Assembly (NCBI GenBank): GCA_050290185.1
Contig: JBNKHE010000009.1
Coordinates: 135,031 to 199,030 of the forward strand
Length of the DNA stretch: 64,000 nucleotides
Direction of reading: 5' to 3'
From: Pontiella sp.
Lineage (GTDB): Bacteria > Verrucomicrobiota > Kiritimatiellia > Kiritimatiellales > Pontiellaceae
In this document: piece by piece, positions 46,941 to 56,426 of the stretch
How the letters are laid out: every line of letters begins with the position of its first letter
How positions within the stretch are numbered: position 1 is the stretch's first letter
The notes under the pieces: generated by a model
The model's input: only the letters and a program-made list of their open reading frames with translations
Databases searched by the model: none
Told to the model about the DNA's origin: nothing
Made by a program: the position numbers and the translations under genes

Positions 46941-49091
46941 ATGAAAGCACGGTCTGTACTGCTTATGGCTTTGGTGTTGTGGTCCTCCATACCGGTTCAT
47001 GCGACCATTCAATGCCGCATCATACAGGATCCGAATGGCGTGACTTTTTCGTATTCCGGCACCTGGGATGTCGGTCCGGGAGGGAATACCGATGTGAGTG
47101 TTTCGAGGCGGGTCGAGCTGTTTGTTGTCACCAATGGGTATGCGTTCAACATAAATGGGGACGCTCTGGCCGCGCAGTATTATTTCGATCCGCTGGTTGA
47201 GGAAGTTTCCGTCACGGGTTCCCTGCCGACTTATACCTTTCCGGGAACGGAATTTGATGTGGAGGGTGTTGTGCTTACGGGAGCAGAGGATGACGACGCC
47301 TTTGTCTTCGATGTTTACGATACCGGCGTTGTATCCATTTACGGACCAAACGGCGGGTGGTCGGCTGGTGACTCCGTGAACGGTTCCGCGTTCTTTGTCG
47401 GGCTGACGCTCGCCGATCTGGGCCTAGGCATCGAATCCGGCAGCTTCACGGTTGGCGGCCAGACCATCGACTGGTCCGTCAGTACGGCTCCCGCAACGGC
47501 TACGGTGAGTGCCATGCGCGAGGCGACTCTGACCAATTCTGCGGGGTTCGGGTCCGCCGTGGCGATTGACGGCGATACGGCGGTCATTGGTGCGGAGGCA
47601 GATAATTCGAATGCCGGTGCCGCCTATGTCTATATACTCAGCAACACGGTGTGGACCTTCCAGCAGAAGCTGACCGCGCCGGACGGTATGCCGGACGACG
47701 TTTTTGGCTCGCAGCTGGATATTGAAGGCGACCGCCTCGTTATCGCGGCGCCCGGCGACAATGAGGGGGATTCACCGATTGGTGCCGCCGGTGCGATCTA
47801 CGTCTTCAACCGCAGCGGCTCGACCTGGTCCTTCATTGAAAAGATCGTCTCGCCCGACCCCGGCGATGCCGATGGGTTCGGCTATGCCGTATCCATCAGC
47901 GGTGATGTTCTGCTGGTTGGCGAACCCTACGATAACGGCGGCTACTCTGATAGTGGCGCGGTGTTTGCCTACACCTGGAACAGTGGCACCACCTCCTGGG
48001 ATTATGATGAAAGGCTGACTCCCGGCGATCCGTCAATCTATGGTTTCTTCGGATACAGTATCTGGCTGGAAGGCGATCAGGCCTTGATCGGCTCCTATGG
48101 CAACAGCAACTACATCGGTGCCGTCTACGCCTTTGAAAACCAATCCAACACCTGGACGCAAACCCAGAAATTAACCGCCTCCGACGGCGAGGCCTTAGAC
48201 TCCTTTGGCTACAGCGTCGATGGGCACGGCGACTTCGCCGTGGTCGGTGCTCTGAATGATTCCACCTACGACGTAGCGGATTATCACGGCTCCGCCTATT
48301 GCTTCGAGCGGATTGACGGGGTGTGGTCGGAATCCCAAAAACTGCTGCCCGCTGAAATGCCCGCCGGTGCTGAGTTTGGGGCGAGCGTCGCCATCAGCGA
48401 CAGCTTTATTGCCATCGGGGCCCAATTCGAAAGCACGCAGGCAGAGTATGCCGGAGCCGTCTATGCCTTCTCTCGGGGGTATTCCTGTCCCGGCTATCTT
48501 GAGCGGTTACGGATTGCCTCCAGTGCGCCCGCTGTCCTCGATACCTACGGTAACTCCGTTGCGCTGGATGGGAATACTCTTATTGTCGGCGCGGTCGGCC
48601 ACAGCGATGGGCAGGCCGAAATCTTTCTGCTCAACGATACCCTGATCGATAGCGACGGCGACGGTGCCGGTGACACCTGGGAAATTGCCAACGGATATGA
48701 TGAGAATCTTGCCAACAATTTCCGGACCCTGGATTCCGACGGCGACGGCCAGACAGACCTCGCCGAGATCTTCAAAGGGGTCGATAAAAACGATCCGAAC
48801 GATGTGGACACATTCGAGTCAACCAGCATCATCGGAGCATCCGACCGCTTCACCTTTGGCACGCTCATGGACCCCGACGAACATACAGTTCTGGGGGTTC
48901 CCATGTGGTCAACCGATCTCGCCAACTGGTATTTTGCGGAACAGAATGCCGAAGGCCTCAGCGTTGACTACACCCTCAAGCGCTTCGACGTGCCGAATAC
49001 CGACATCAAATACAATTTCCACGACTTCTCCGTCACCGGAGGGAGCACGGACAAACTGTTCTTCAGGTTCGGATATTGCCCCAACGAGTAG
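46941..49091 (+). CDS. Secreted FG-GAP repeat beta-propeller protein
   Basis: Signal peptide; repeated FG.xV.I.GD...GA...GAxY; DSDGDG motifs; WSTDLANW...LFFRF C-terminal variant. Confidence 0.88.
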   Translation: MKARSVLLMALVLWSSIPVHATIQCRIIQDPNGVTFSYSGTWDVGPGGNTDVSVSRRVELFVVTNGYAFNINGDALAAQYYFDPLVEEVSVTGSLPTYTFPGTEFDVEGVVLTGAEDDDAFVFDVYDTGVVSIYGPNGGWSAGDSVNGSAFFVGLTLADLGLGIESGSFTVGGQTIDWSVSTAPATATVSAMREATLTNSAGFGSAVAIDGDTAVIGAEADNSNAGAAYVYILSNTVWTFQQKLTAPDGMPDDVFGSQLDIEGDRLVIAAPGDNEGDSPIGAAGAIYVFNRSGSTWSFIEKIVSPDPGDADGFGYAVSISGDVLLVGEPYDNGGYSDSGAVFAYTWNSGTTSWDYDERLTPGDPSIYGFFGYSIWLEGDQALIGSYGNSNYIGAVYAFENQSNTWTQTQKLTASDGEALDSFGYSVDGHGDFAVVGALNDSTYDVADYHGSAYCFERIDGVWSESQKLLPAEMPAGAEFGASVAISDSFIAIGAQFESTQAEYAGAVYAFSRGYSCPGYLERLRIASSAPAVLDTYGNSVALDGNTLIVGAVGHSDGQAEIFLLNDTLIDSDGDGAGDTWEIANGYDENLANNFRTLDSDGDGQTDLAEIFKGVDKNDPNDVDTFESTSIIGASDRFTFGTLMDPDEHTVLGVPMWSTDLANWYFAEQNAEGLSVDYTLKRFDVPNTDIKYNFHDFSVTGGSTDKLFFRFGYCPNE

Positions 49092-49160
49092 GCCGCATAG
49101 CGAGGTTTCTCAGGATTGTTTTCCAATCCATCCCCGAATCCAGGTTAAATAAGGCTTCTT

Positions 49161-49296
49161 TACGAGCTGTCCGCCAGCACGAACCTGGTTTTCGGGCGAG
49201 TGGTTCTTCGTTGACGCCACCACCTCCAGCAACCTGATGGACTCCAGCACCAACCGCGCGCTCTTCTACCGCGTCAACGCGACCGAGAACAACAAG
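49161..49296 (+). pseudogene. Frameshifted remnant of the shared C-terminal module
   Basis: YELSASTNLV/(frameshift)/GEWFFVDATTSSNLMDSSTNRALFYRVNATENN; AAG sits where paralogues have TAG. Confidence 0.75.
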
Positions 49297-49299
49297 GGC

Positions 49300-49446
49300 G
49301 GATTCCGGTCATTGGGTCATCACCTCGCAGAGACGCGGAGACCGCAGAGCAACTGCGGAATGAAACCCGCTGACCGCTTATTTCACACAAAGTCACGGAG
49401 GCACGAAGCTTTTCCTGCCTCTTTGCGGCTTGGTGGCTCTGTGTGA
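49300..49446. repeat. Palindromic elements
   Basis: 49300-49354 matches 22431-22485; 49383-49446 reads TCACACAAAG-TCACGGAG-GCACGAAG...CTTTGCGG-CTTGGTGG-CTCTGTGTGA. Confidence 0.75.
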
Positions 49447-49684
49447 TGTACCGTTTCCAATTTATTTCCGACACAGGACACTAGATGCGGGAATGGTATT
49501 TGCCGGGGACGATCCTGTGATTTCGACGAACGCAGACATTGCGCTGAACGGCTCGTGGGGCGGCCGGAACCATGAAGACGGCGGCGCGCCGTTTTCCGAT
49601 CTTCCATTCCTGTTTGTCTTGGCTTGAGGTGAATGGGAACTAAAGTACTCACGGTTTTTAGCATTTAAATTTTCAAGGAGAATA

Positions 49685-51847
49685 ATGACTACGGACACCC
49701 TATTGCGGATGGATACGTTGATTAAGCGCATGGATCTGAAACGGATCATGATCACGCTGGCGATTTTATGCCTTTCGGCCACGCCGGGCCTTGGGGCGGT
49801 AATTTATGTGAACGATGATGCGACGGGAACGAATGATGGTTCGGCGTGGCATAATGCGTTTGTGTATTTACAGGATGCGCTGGCGACGGCGGTTTCGGGT
49901 GATACGATTCTAATTGCGAGCGGCGTGTATTATCCGGATGAAGGGACGGAGGGGCTGTCGACGGTGACGAATAATGATCCGACCGCGAGTTTTGTGATCC
50001 CGGCCGGGGTGACGATTTCCGGTGGTTGGTCGGGTTCGCTGGTTGAATTGAATGATGCAACGACGGTGTTGAGCGGGGATATTGATCAGAACGATGTCAC
50101 GAATGCGCTGGGTGTGGTGGAGAGCGATCCGTCTGGCGCACTGAATGGCACGAACAGTTATCATGTGGTTACGCTGAGCTCCGGTTCTCAAATTACATTG
50201 TCACGACTTACGATTACGGCCGGCTGGGCCCGGGATTCATCGAACCTTTCAGGTGGTGGTGTGCTGGCGGATGGAGCGGAGGCAGTATTGGAAAATTGTA
50301 CGTTTAGCGGAAACCGGGCCGGTTATGATGGAGGCGGAATTCTTTTCAAAAACGGGAGCGGCCCGCTGATGCTGACCAACTGTGTGCTGGCGGCGAACCG
50401 GGCTGTACGAGGCGGAGCGGCCAGTGTCAACATGTCCTCTGCCACGTATGAAAATTGCCAGGTCTTCGGTAATTTTGGAGATCGCAGTGCCGGTCTTTTC
50501 AGCGAAAATGGTCAAATTACTGTTCAAAACTGTGCAATCACGGGGAATCTCGCCTATGACGGGACGGCTCTGTTTCATCAGGGAGGTAGCCATACGCTGA
50601 CGGCAGTGAATACGCTGATCTCGGGAAACCGGGCAATCGCAAGCTCGTCGATCTGGATGAACAGTGGAACCGCCAGCTTTATCAACTGTACGGTCTCCGG
50701 AAATCAGGCCGGACAGGGGGCCGGGGGATTGATGAGCCTTGGAAGTAATACCTCAACGGTCTACAACTGCATTTTTTATAACAACTCGGTTGGAGGACAG
50801 ACCGACGTTCCGGCAAGCAGCGTTTCGAATCAAGTCGGTGCCGCCTCGCTGATTGCCTACAGCCTGATCGAAAACTCGGGCAGCAGCACCAACTGGAATC
50901 CGGAGGCCGGCGTGGACGGCGGGAATAATCTGGATGCAGATCCGCAGTTTATTGCCGGGTTGAATCCGGCGTCGGCTCCGGCAACCGGCGGTGATTTCCG
51001 GTTGTTTCCCCAAAGTGCGGCCGTGGATGTTGGGACCAATGCTGTGAATACATTGACTACGGACCTGGCGGGGGCTTTCCGGATTCTCGGCGCGCAAATT
51101 GACCTCGGGGCGTATGAGATGAACACCGGCCTGTTTTCAGACCTGTCGCTCAGCTGCTCCGTGAATGAGGGGTCGTTAAGGCTTTCCCCCGCTGTCGTCT
51201 ACAGTATTGACGTGAGCAACCGGACGGACCTGGCGGTGGGAGAGGTCATTGTAACAAACCGGATTTCGGCCGAAATTGATTCCGTTGTATGGAGTTTCCC
51301 GGGTGACTATGTGCTCACCAACGGGGTTATGGTTTTTACTCTGCCCGATATTCCTGTCTCTGGATCCAGTCAGATTATGATGAGCGTTCGGGTGGCCTCC
51401 AATACGGTCGGTGCCGTCACCAATGTGGTGGAGGTTTCGCAGCCCGGAAAAATCGACACGACTCCGTCCGACAACACGCAGGTGGTTGTGACACCGATTG
51501 TGGATACGGATAATGACCAGATCGTGGATATGATCGATCCCGATGATGACAACGATGGCGTCAGCGATACCGACGAGCAGACGGCCGGTACCGATCAGTT
51601 TGATGCCAATTCGTTCTTTTTCGTGGCGCTGGAAAATCCGTTCCCCGCAATCTACGAGGTTCGCTTTGCCACAGTCCAGGATCGGGAGTATCAGGCCCAA
51701 AGCACAACCAATCTGGTGGATGCCGCCTGGCAGGATGAGGGGCCGGTCATTGTCGGCGACAACGTCGAGCATTCAGTCCCCATTTCCTTTGGCGATCCCT
51801 CGCGCTTCTATCGGGTGCAGGTGACCTATTTAATTCCGCCTCCGTAA
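49685..51847 (+). CDS. Secreted beta-helix and DUF11-like Ig protein with C-terminal module
   Basis: AAGGAG SD; DGSAWHNAFVYLQDAL; DLAGAFRI...DLGAYE; DTTPSDN; DTDND...DDDNDGVSD; STTNLVDAAW...FYRVQV. Confidence 0.88.
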   Translation: MTTDTLLRMDTLIKRMDLKRIMITLAILCLSATPGLGAVIYVNDDATGTNDGSAWHNAFVYLQDALATAVSGDTILIASGVYYPDEGTEGLSTVTNNDPTASFVIPAGVTISGGWSGSLVELNDATTVLSGDIDQNDVTNALGVVESDPSGALNGTNSYHVVTLSSGSQITLSRLTITAGWARDSSNLSGGGVLADGAEAVLENCTFSGNRAGYDGGGILFKNGSGPLMLTNCVLAANRAVRGGAASVNMSSATYENCQVFGNFGDRSAGLFSENGQITVQNCAITGNLAYDGTALFHQGGSHTLTAVNTLISGNRAIASSSIWMNSGTASFINCTVSGNQAGQGAGGLMSLGSNTSTVYNCIFYNNSVGGQTDVPASSVSNQVGAASLIAYSLIENSGSSTNWNPEAGVDGGNNLDADPQFIAGLNPASAPATGGDFRLFPQSAAVDVGTNAVNTLTTDLAGAFRILGAQIDLGAYEMNTGLFSDLSLSCSVNEGSLRLSPAVVYSIDVSNRTDLAVGEVIVTNRISAEIDSVVWSFPGDYVLTNGVMVFTLPDIPVSGSSQIMMSVRVASNTVGAVTNVVEVSQPGKIDTTPSDNTQVVVTPIVDTDNDQIVDMIDPDDDNDGVSDTDEQTAGTDQFDANSFFFVALENPFPAIYEVRFATVQDREYQAQSTTNLVDAAWQDEGPVIVGDNVEHSVPISFGDPSRFYRVQVTYLIPPP

Positions 51848-52017
51848 GGTGCGGGCGAATGGCGGTTGATTGTTGACTGGGGATGGGGAGCCATCGGTCT
51901 CGATGCCCGGTCGGTATGGTGATTGCGCCCTACAGAGGCAATCTCGTCCCTCCATTCGTGTGGTTGGCTCTGGTTAAATCGAATATCACGCATTGCGGCT
52001 TGTGCCCGGAATCATCA

Positions 52018-52086
52018 CCTCGCAGAGCAACTGCGGAAGACCTTTGCGCCTTCAGCGCCTCTGCGAGGAATCTCTCTCGGAACGGG
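52018..52086. repeat. Internally deleted CTCGCAGAG-family element
   Basis: CCTCGCAGAGCAACT...CTTTGCGCCTTCAGCGCCTCTGCGAGGAATCTCTCTCGGAACGG; right part matches 32156-32198. Confidence 0.75.
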
Positions 52087-52259
52087 AGCCTAGATGGTGG
52101 TCGCGGCGAAACGCAGTGGACCCGGTGGACGTAATAGTCAGAGGGAGAAACAGGGACAGCGAAGTCCACCTTGTTATGATAAACTTTCTCAAACTTTTCT
52201 GGATGGAGTAATCGAGGAGAGATATTGTTTCCGGGTTGTGCGTGCGCGGTTTTGGAAAC

Positions 52260-52646
52260 ATGGGCTGCTACGAAGCCTACGTCGACGGCGCGGACTCCGA
52301 CGGCGACACCCTGACCGATTATGCGGAAGGCGTGCACTATGGCTCCGACGCAAACCTTGCCGATACCGACGGCGACGGCTCCAACGACGGCGATGAAGCC
52401 TTCATCGGCTCCGACCTGCTGTCCGCCGATTCCGTCTTCAAGCCCGCCATTCAGAGCATCGGTTCCGGCAACGTGCAAATCAGCTGGCCGCGGTTTAATT
52501 CCGGTCTTCGGTACACGCTGATGGGATGCACCAACCTCGTGGAAGGAAATTGGTTCTATGTGGGCAGTACCTTGTCGAGCAATCTGACCGATGCCATTGA
52601 CGGCGACAGCGTCTTTTACCGGGTCGAGGTGTCCGAAAACAAATAG
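52260..52646 (+). pseudogene. Orphan, intact-frame copy of the C-terminal module
   Basis: 387 bp collinear with 22041-22427 (MGCYEA...FYRVEVSENK*); no SD, signal peptide or upstream passenger domain. Confidence 0.85.
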
Positions 52647-52664
52647 GGCATACTTGGCGTGCGT

Positions 52665-52720
52665 GCGGCGCGCTCGGCGAGCACGCCCTACCGGTAGGGA
52701 CGGCCCGCCGGGCCGTCCGC
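52665..52720. repeat. Pair of GTAG-family REP-like palindromes
   Basis: GGCGCGCTCGGCGAGCACGCCCTACC-GGTAGGGACGGCCCGCCGGGCCGTCC. Confidence 0.75.
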
Positions 52721-52762
52721 TCGCCGCAACAAAATCTCACCACAGAGGGCCCTGAGGAGCAT

Positions 52763-52858
52763 GGGGGAGGGGACACGTAGCGAGGCTGTTGAAGAGGTAG
52801 CAACGCCATCGATGATTTAGAGAACAGAAATCTTGGCAGCACCATGCGCCGCTCACAA
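52763..52858 (+). repeat. Dispersed repeat (second copy at 61375-61432)
   Basis: GGGGAGGGGACRCGTAGCGAGGCTGYYGAAGAGGYAGCAAC...CCATGCGCCGCYCACAA. Confidence 0.7.
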
Positions 52859-53004
52859 GCCCCGCATAACCGAATACTGTTTATCAGCCTGAATCTTCGC
52901 ACTTAAATCCGAGGACGGCCCCTTTACTGGATGCGCTCAGTGAACGGTTGGATATAGCGCAGTCCTTGTTCGGGATCGTCGAGTAATATCTGGAAGGCGG
53001 CCGA

Positions 53005-54957
53005 TTACTAAAACAGATCGACATACCTGAAGGCGTTTCCGAGATTGATTATGCGGCTTTTCAATACTGTTCCGCACTCGAACACGTTTCTCTCCCTGAC
53101 AGTTTGCAAACGATGGACACACATATTTTTTCGGGTTGTTCCAGCCTCCGGGAGGTCACGATCCCCTCTGGAGTAACCGATATGGGAAACTGGTGTTTCG
53201 TTGGTTGCGTCTCGCTGACCAACGCGGTGTTTGAAGACGGCATAGACTACGTGCCTGAATATACCTTTCAGGGCTGTACAAACCTGGAAACCGTCACCCT
53301 TTCCGCCAATACCATCTCAATCCGCAACTATGCTTTCCAAGGCTGTTCAAGGCTGGCAGCCCCCGATATTCCTGCACCCGTAACCTATATTGGGAAATAT
53401 ACCTTTGCCGGTTGCAACGCCTTTACAAGTGTGGTCATTCCCGATTCCGTAACCACCCTGAATGACGCGGCGTTCTCAGGATGCCAAAACCTCATGAATG
53501 TCGTGTTGGGTACGGGCGTCACCGTCTTAAATAACAATGTTTTTTCATCTTGCGCTGGACTCACCACCTTTACGGTGCCAAGCCACGTAACCACCATAAA
53601 AAACATGGTTTTTACGAGCTGTCCAAATCTTGAAACTCTCTATATTCCCGATAGCGTCACCGCAATCGGGAATGGCTTGGTATGGGATTGCGGAAAGCTC
53701 ACCTCGGTTCGGTTTCCGAGCAACCTTTCCTCCATCGGATACGCAACATTCCAGGATTGCACCAGTTTGCAAACCGTTGCATTGCCCTCCAATCTGACAA
53801 GCCTCGGAGTTCGAAGCTTCCAGGGCTGCACGTCATTAACCAATGTTGTGCTACCCTCCAGAATTCTGCAATTGGGCGAGAGCATGTTTTTTCAATGCAC
53901 GTCACTCCAGCATGTGACCCTGCCCTCCGCATGTACAACCATAGGCCTGAATGCATTCCGAAGCTGCAGCAACCTGGTCGAGATTGTTATTCCCGATGCC
54001 GTATCGACCATGGATTACTCCGTTTTTAAGGACTGCACTTCGCTGCAGAGCGTCCATCTGTCAGCCAACCTGACCCAGGTGCCGAGCTACGGTTTCGAAA
54101 ACTGCACATCGTTGTCCTCGATAGCCATTCCCGCCGGTGTCGCCTATGTCCGCTACAGAAGTTTTAATGGCTGCACCTCGTTGTCATCGGCAATTATTCC
54201 GGACAGTGTTGTTACGATCGAGTCGGAGGCGTTTTTGGGATGCTCCAACCTCAGCGATCTTCAACTTGGCAATGGCCTAGACGCGATCGGAGATTCAGCT
54301 TTCAAGGACTGCAGCAGCCTCGCTCAGGTAACGCTTCCCGACGGTATCACCAGTATTGGTGACAGTTGCTTCATGAACTGTACCGCATTGGAACGCGTCA
54401 ATATACCGGACGTGATCTCCCTGGTTCCGACCATGGCATTTCAAGGCTGTACCAATCTTGTTGATGTACGAATCGGGGCCGGCGTTACGTCTATCTATCC
54501 GAGCGCCTTTCGGGATTGCACCAGTCTTGCTTCCATTACGCTTCCAAGTCAGGTCGGTCTGATCAGCTGGTACGCTTTTTACAATTGCCCTAACCTGCAA
54601 TTCGTTTACTTTTTGGGGAATGCTCCTTCAGTTCACGATCCCTTCTCCAGCGTCGATCAACCTATAATCTACTATATGAGCGGTACCTCTGGCTGGTCGG
54701 GTACCTTCGATGGTCAACCTACTTACCAATGGCGTCCGGTATTAACGAAAACGACACAGACCGATACGACGGGTGAGGGCTTGCACTACGAAATCAGAGG
54801 TCCGGCAGGGAAACAGATGTTTGTTGATAAGGCATCCACCCTCAATAACCCTACCTGGGTCCCGGTTCAGACGGTCACTCTGTCGAATACAGTAACGCGC
54901 CTTACACTCCCCACTGATGGAACGAACGGATTCTTCCGGCTGGTTGTGCTTGAGTAA
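53005..54957 (+). pseudogene. 5'-truncated BspA/LRR_5-type leucine-rich repeat surface protein
   Basis: About 23 repeats of F.gC.sL.sv.lP..v..I; the repeats continue upstream of the called TTG (LKQIDIPEGVSEIDYAAFQYCSAL) to an in-frame TAA at 52984; no signal peptide; C-terminal STLNNPTW...FFRLV module. Confidence 0.75.
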
Positions 54958-55023
54958 ACGAAGAGAGGGCATCAACGGTTGCCGGGGCTAGTAATGTTTT
55001 GGGATGGCCACGGATCAACACCT

Positions 55024-55088
55024 CAAAACACGGATTACGTACCGCCCAAATTCCTCGTTTTCCTCTTATTTACCTGCGGGCATTGTGT
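55024..55088 (+). repeat. 65 bp dispersed repeat (second copy at 62723-62787)
   Basis: CAAAACACGGATTRCGTACCGCCCAAATYCCTCGTTTTCCTCTTAWTTACCTGCGGGCATTGTGT. Confidence 0.85.
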
Positions 55089-55218
55089 CCTGATCAGTCT
55101 GATAGTATTAATAGATTTAGCAAATCCTTGATCATCATCATGCTTCGATTCACAGTCCAAAGGTTTTTGCAGCCCAGCAAGAGCCCAGGAGCAAGCTTAG
55201 TTGGAGTTACCCTCAATC

Positions 55219-56352
55219 ATGTACAGACATTTTCGAATCCTGACCTCCTTTCTGTGCGTATTCCTTGCTGTTAATCATGTATCCGGACAAACGAATACAT
55301 GGCAAAACGACTTTGATACCGCCATTCAGCAGGCATGCGCCGCCCACAAAGACAACCTCCTGATATTCACAATAATGGAAAGCAATGAAGCCAGCAGGAA
55401 TATCCACGAGGAGGTTATTGAAAACACGGAATGCACCGAACAACTATCCATGGACTATATCCTCACCCACATCGACCTTCCCCAAACGCCCCGGGAACAG
55501 AAGGAACTGTCCGATCTGGAATCACGTCAGTACAGCCTGGCAAGGGCTCTCAAACTGTGCAGTTTTCCTGCCATATTCCTCTGCACGGAAGAAGGGGCCC
55601 CTTACTTTATCGCCGAGTACACGAAGGGCAGTTTTCCCGTCCTTCTGCAGTCCATTCATGACGCCAAAGCAGATTACATGAAAGCAATGACCGCAACCGG
55701 CATCGCCAAGGCAAGGGCTCTGGACGCATGGCTTGAATCACTCCCAAAATCTTTACGGGATTTCCACTCAGACAAATATAGAATCATCGCAGAGTCCGAT
55801 CCGCAGAACAGCGCCGGACTGCGGCTGAAATATAAAATGGCCCTCATGCTTCCCGAAGCCAGGGAACTGCGTTACACCGGCAAACTTGACGAATCGGAGG
55901 CGCTTTATCTCCAGATCGTGGAGGAACTTAAGCCCACAGGAGAAGAACTGCAGAACGTGTACTATGAGCTGGGAGACGTATATTTCCAGCGCAAGGACTA
56001 CAACCAGTTGCTGGCGACACTCGATAACGCGATACAGGCCGCTCCCGAGGGTTCCCTGATGGATATTCTCAATGAAATGATGCTGGTATTCACGCAGCAG
56101 TCGGTCTACGTGAAATACAAGCCTGATGAGATGAAGGCTGTCGACTATGATTTCCAAAAGATAGACATTCCGAACGAGGATATCCCAGGCGTGCTCAAAT
56201 TGATTACAGAAGCCCGCAATGCGCCTTCCGAAAGCAGGAGACACAGGATACTCGACCAAATGGAAGCGGAGCTTACCGCGCGGCTCAAAAAAGCAGAATC
56301 AGCTTCCGGGGAATCCTCCGAAGCAGGCAGCCGCACACAACTGGAGCTCTGA
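55219..56352 (+). CDS. Exported thioredoxin-fold and TPR protein (no CxxC)
   Basis: Signal-like N-terminus; WQNDFDTAIQQA...LLIFT...FPAIFL thioredoxin-like region; TPR-like YYELGDVYFQRKDY. Confidence 0.65.
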   Translation: MYRHFRILTSFLCVFLAVNHVSGQTNTWQNDFDTAIQQACAAHKDNLLIFTIMESNEASRNIHEEVIENTECTEQLSMDYILTHIDLPQTPREQKELSDLESRQYSLARALKLCSFPAIFLCTEEGAPYFIAEYTKGSFPVLLQSIHDAKADYMKAMTATGIAKARALDAWLESLPKSLRDFHSDKYRIIAESDPQNSAGLRLKYKMALMLPEARELRYTGKLDESEALYLQIVEELKPTGEELQNVYYELGDVYFQRKDYNQLLATLDNAIQAAPEGSLMDILNEMMLVFTQQSVYVKYKPDEMKAVDYDFQKIDIPNEDIPGVLKLITEARNAPSESRRHRILDQMEAELTARLKKAESASGESSEAGSRTQLEL

Positions 56353-56426
56353 CAGGTTTTCTTCCGGAAGCCTTTATGCCGGTCGCCAAAACATTGCGAA
56401 GAACCGCATTTTTTAAGACGGTGCCG

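Noticed and set aside
52260..52646. Diversity-generating retroelement template repeat
   Set aside because: No RT, and differences from paralogues are not confined to adenines.
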